Shown piece by piece: positions 61,501 to 64,000 of a DNA stretch of 64,000 bases (its first letter is position 1; each line of letters begins with the position of its first letter). This stretch comes from Macrostomum hystrix (taxonomy: Eukaryota; Animalia; Platyhelminthes). The notes beneath the pieces are model-generated. The model ran no database searches and was not told where the DNA came from. It saw only the letters and a program-made list of their open reading frames with translations. Made by a program: the position numbers and the translations under genes. The stretch covers positions 20,274,001 to 20,338,000 of the forward strand of contig CATNEN010000001.1 of assembly GCA_950097015.1 (NCBI GenBank), in the 5' to 3' direction.

Positions 61501-62938
61501 CTTCATTCACGGTAGCTTATCTACCTTCATTTAGGGTAGCTTATCTACCTTCATTCACGGTAGCTTATCTACCTTCATTCACGGTAGCTTATCTACCTTC
61601 ATTCACGGTAGCTTATCTACCTTCATTCACGGTAGCTTATCTACCTTCATTCAGGGTAGCTTATCTACCTTCATTCAGGGTGGCTTATCTACCTTCATTC
61701 AGGGTAGCTTATCTACCTACATTCAGGGTAGCTTATCTACCTTCATTCAGGGTAGCTTATCTACCTTCATTCAGGGTAGCTTATCTACCTTCATTCACGG
61801 TAGCTTATCTACCTTCATTCAGGGTAGCTTATCTACCTTCATTCAGGGTAGCTTATCTACCTTCACTCAGGGTAGCTTATCTACCTTCATTCAGGGTAGC
61901 TTATCTACCTTCATTCAGGGTAGCTTATCTACCTTCATTCTGCGGTTCCTTCAGTGATTTCTCAGTGATAGCATATTCTGTAAAGCATGCCATAATTTTA
62001 ACTAAATTTTTCCTACTTTGAAATCACTGAATGTGTTTGCAAATTTGATGCATCAATTTTGGTGATAATTTAAAATCGCTAAAACTTACGTCAGCAAGCT
62101 AAAAGTATCAGCATCCACTCATTCAGGATGACTACAAGCCGAGCTTTAGCAGCTCGCCGAGTCGTCGCTATGGACGCCAGGCGCCTAGTTACGATGGCAT
62201 CGGAGCTGGCTACAGCAGCTACAGGGAGCCAATCTATGGCAGTGAGTAGAATCTGAGCTGTGGGATCAATCTCCTTCTCACTCTCCTTGTCACTCGCCTT
62301 GTCACTCTCCTTGTCACTCTCCTTTTCACTGTCCTCCTTGTCACCCTCCTTGTCACTCTCCTTGTCACTCTCCTTTTCACTGTCCTCCTTGACACTCTCC
62401 TTTTCACTGTCCTCCTTGACACTCTCCTTTTCACTGTCCTCCTTGACACTCTCCTTTTCACTGTCCTTGTCACTCTCCTTGACACTCTCCTTGTCACTCT
62501 CCTTGTCAATCTCCTTGTCACTCGCCTTGTCACTCTCCATGTCTCTCTACTTGTCACTCACCTTGTCACTCACCTTGAGACTCTCCTTGTCACTCGCCTT
62601 GTCACTCTCCTTGTCACTCTCCTTGTCACTCTCCTTGTCACTCTCCTTGTCACTCTCCTTGTCACTCTCCTTGTCACTCTCCTTGTCACTCTCCTTGTCA
62701 CTCTTCTTGTCAATCTCACTTTCCTTGTCACTCTCATGGTCACTCTCATGGTCACTCTCCCTCTCCCAACCCAGGCAAATTCGACGCAGACCTGGATGTC
62801 TCCAGCAGCCTTCGCTACAGCTCTGGCGGCGGCTTCGTCTCGGACGCCTATCCCGACACCGACCGTGGAGCCCGCCTCGACTTCCACGTGACGACCAGCG
62901 GTGGCGGAAGCAGAAGCTACTCTTCTAGGAAATTTTAA
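56274..62938 (+). CDS. BTB/POZ plus NPH3-like domain protein (NPH3/RPT2/NRL-like)
   Basis: Exons 56274-56536, 58022-58655, 59153-59618, 60285-60484, (60917-61060 or -61135), 62127-62241, 62775-62938. The BTB region reads [53 protein letters not shown]. The C-terminal NPH3-like block reads [55 protein letters not shown]. Poly-Q/E insert in exon 2. Confidence 0.82.
56575..57995. repeat. 24-bp intronic minisatellite (GGGTAGCTTATCTACCTTCATTCA)
   Basis: Fills intron 1 of the BTB/NPH3-like gene. Confidence 0.96.
59799..60105 (+). mobile_element. SINE family A
   Basis: GGGGTCGGTGGCAGAGC head and shared body; lies in an intron of the BTB/NPH3-like gene. Confidence 0.8.
60642..60845. repeat. 27-bp minisatellite (TTAGAGCAGAATCTCACTAT..)
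   Basis: About 7 copies, intronic. Confidence 0.85.
61294..61940. repeat. Second array of the same 24-bp minisatellite
   Basis: Same unit and orientation as 56575-57995. Confidence 0.96.
62272..62760. repeat. 12-bp minisatellite (CTCCTTGTCACT)
   Basis: Fills the last intron of the BTB/NPH3-like gene. Confidence 0.92.
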
Positions 62939-63719
62939 GTCGAGACTCATTCAAGCTGAGCTGGGATAAGTAGGCCGTGTGTCTCTCGGAAATCTTTCTT
63001 CTGATCCCCAGATTATTTTTGCTCATTTTTCTTATTATTTCTTCGAACAATTTTCACTAAAAACATTCGAATCTGCCTACTTAAATAAGTAGAAATATTA
63101 ACATATTAGCGCTATTTTTATTATACAAAAATCCGTCAGAAGTAGAATACACGTTTTCTCTTGTTATTTTTCTTCGTATGTTCGCTCGCTCTACTTTTCT
63201 ATAGATTTGGTTAGTAGTATGATTAGAATAAGAAAACTTTAACTTGCGAGTCCTCAGAGCTACCATTCATTTGGCTACTGTCTGCCTGTTGGTTGATCCA
63301 ATTTCTCTGCACTTTTAAATTGTAGCTTTTTATGTCTAGAGATTAATTATTCTTATTAGAAGACCTATTTTTATAAATCACATTAACAATCATTTCACTA
63401 TTTATACTACCTGCAGTAGTCTAATAGTAAAAAATTACACAAATTTTCTCCTTAGAAGTATTTAAAACGATTTCATTTAAAAAACGTAGTGTTTCTGTTA
63501 GTCAGATTAATTTATTAACTTTGTAATCTACGAGTGGTTGCAGAAAAAGCATAACGCATAGCCTATTTCTTTAACAAAAGCGAGTCACAAATATTCCAAC
63601 TGTTTTGTAATTGAACTGCTGAGCATGACAAACAGCCTGATATTTTTTAGAAGTACACAAAATACATGATTCCTGGGATTGGCTATTAACACTATTGTTT
63701 AGCCTTTCTTTTTGGGGAA

Positions 63720-64000
63720 AGAGTGGGATTGTGAGACTGAGAGAGGGATTGTGAGACTAAGAGAGGGATTGTGAGAGTGAGAGAGGGATTGTGAGAGTGA
63801 GAGAGGGATTGTGAGACTGAGAGAGGGATTGTGAGACTGAGAGAGGGATTGTGAGACTGAGAGAGGGATTGTGAGAGTAAGAGAGGGATTGTGAGACTAA
63901 GAGAGGGATTGTGAGAGCGAGATAGGGATTGTGAGAGTAAGAGAGGGATTGTGAGAGTGAGAGAGGGATTGTGAGACTGAGAGAGGGATTGTGAGAGTGA
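63720..64000. repeat. 20-bp minisatellite (GAGAGGGATTGTGAGACTGA)
   Basis: Runs off the window end. Confidence 0.93.

Overview
Eukaryotic animal genomic DNA. The very dense, diverse mini/microsatellites, GC-rich Gln/Ala-run exons and short GT-AG introns suggest a flatworm such as Macrostomum, which is an inference only. Five host genes could be reconstructed by hand: a 7-EC protocadherin (-), an 18-exon ARMC3 (+), a 3-exon haspin kinase (+), a 2-exon secreted 16-Cys Argos/giant-lens-like protein (-), and a multi-exon BTB protein resembling the plant NPH3/RPT2 (NRL) family (+). Mobile DNA comprises a full-length Ty3/Gypsy element (identical 218-bp LTRs, GGGCA TSD, broken pol) inside a solo-LTR-like sequence, two tRNA-derived SINE families (one with a CORE-like domain), a hAT-type MITE carrying a minisatellite, a 5'-truncated LINE and a decayed MULE transposase. 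Roughly a third or more of the window is tandem repeat, and most long ORFs in the supplied track are artefacts of these repeats. The most notable signals are: (i) CORE-like SINE insertions whose 5' junctions appear to seed minisatellites, one of which also carries a captured haspin exon fragment inside a 15-bp TSD; (ii) an animal NPH3-like BTB gene; (iii) an Argos-like secreted protein.
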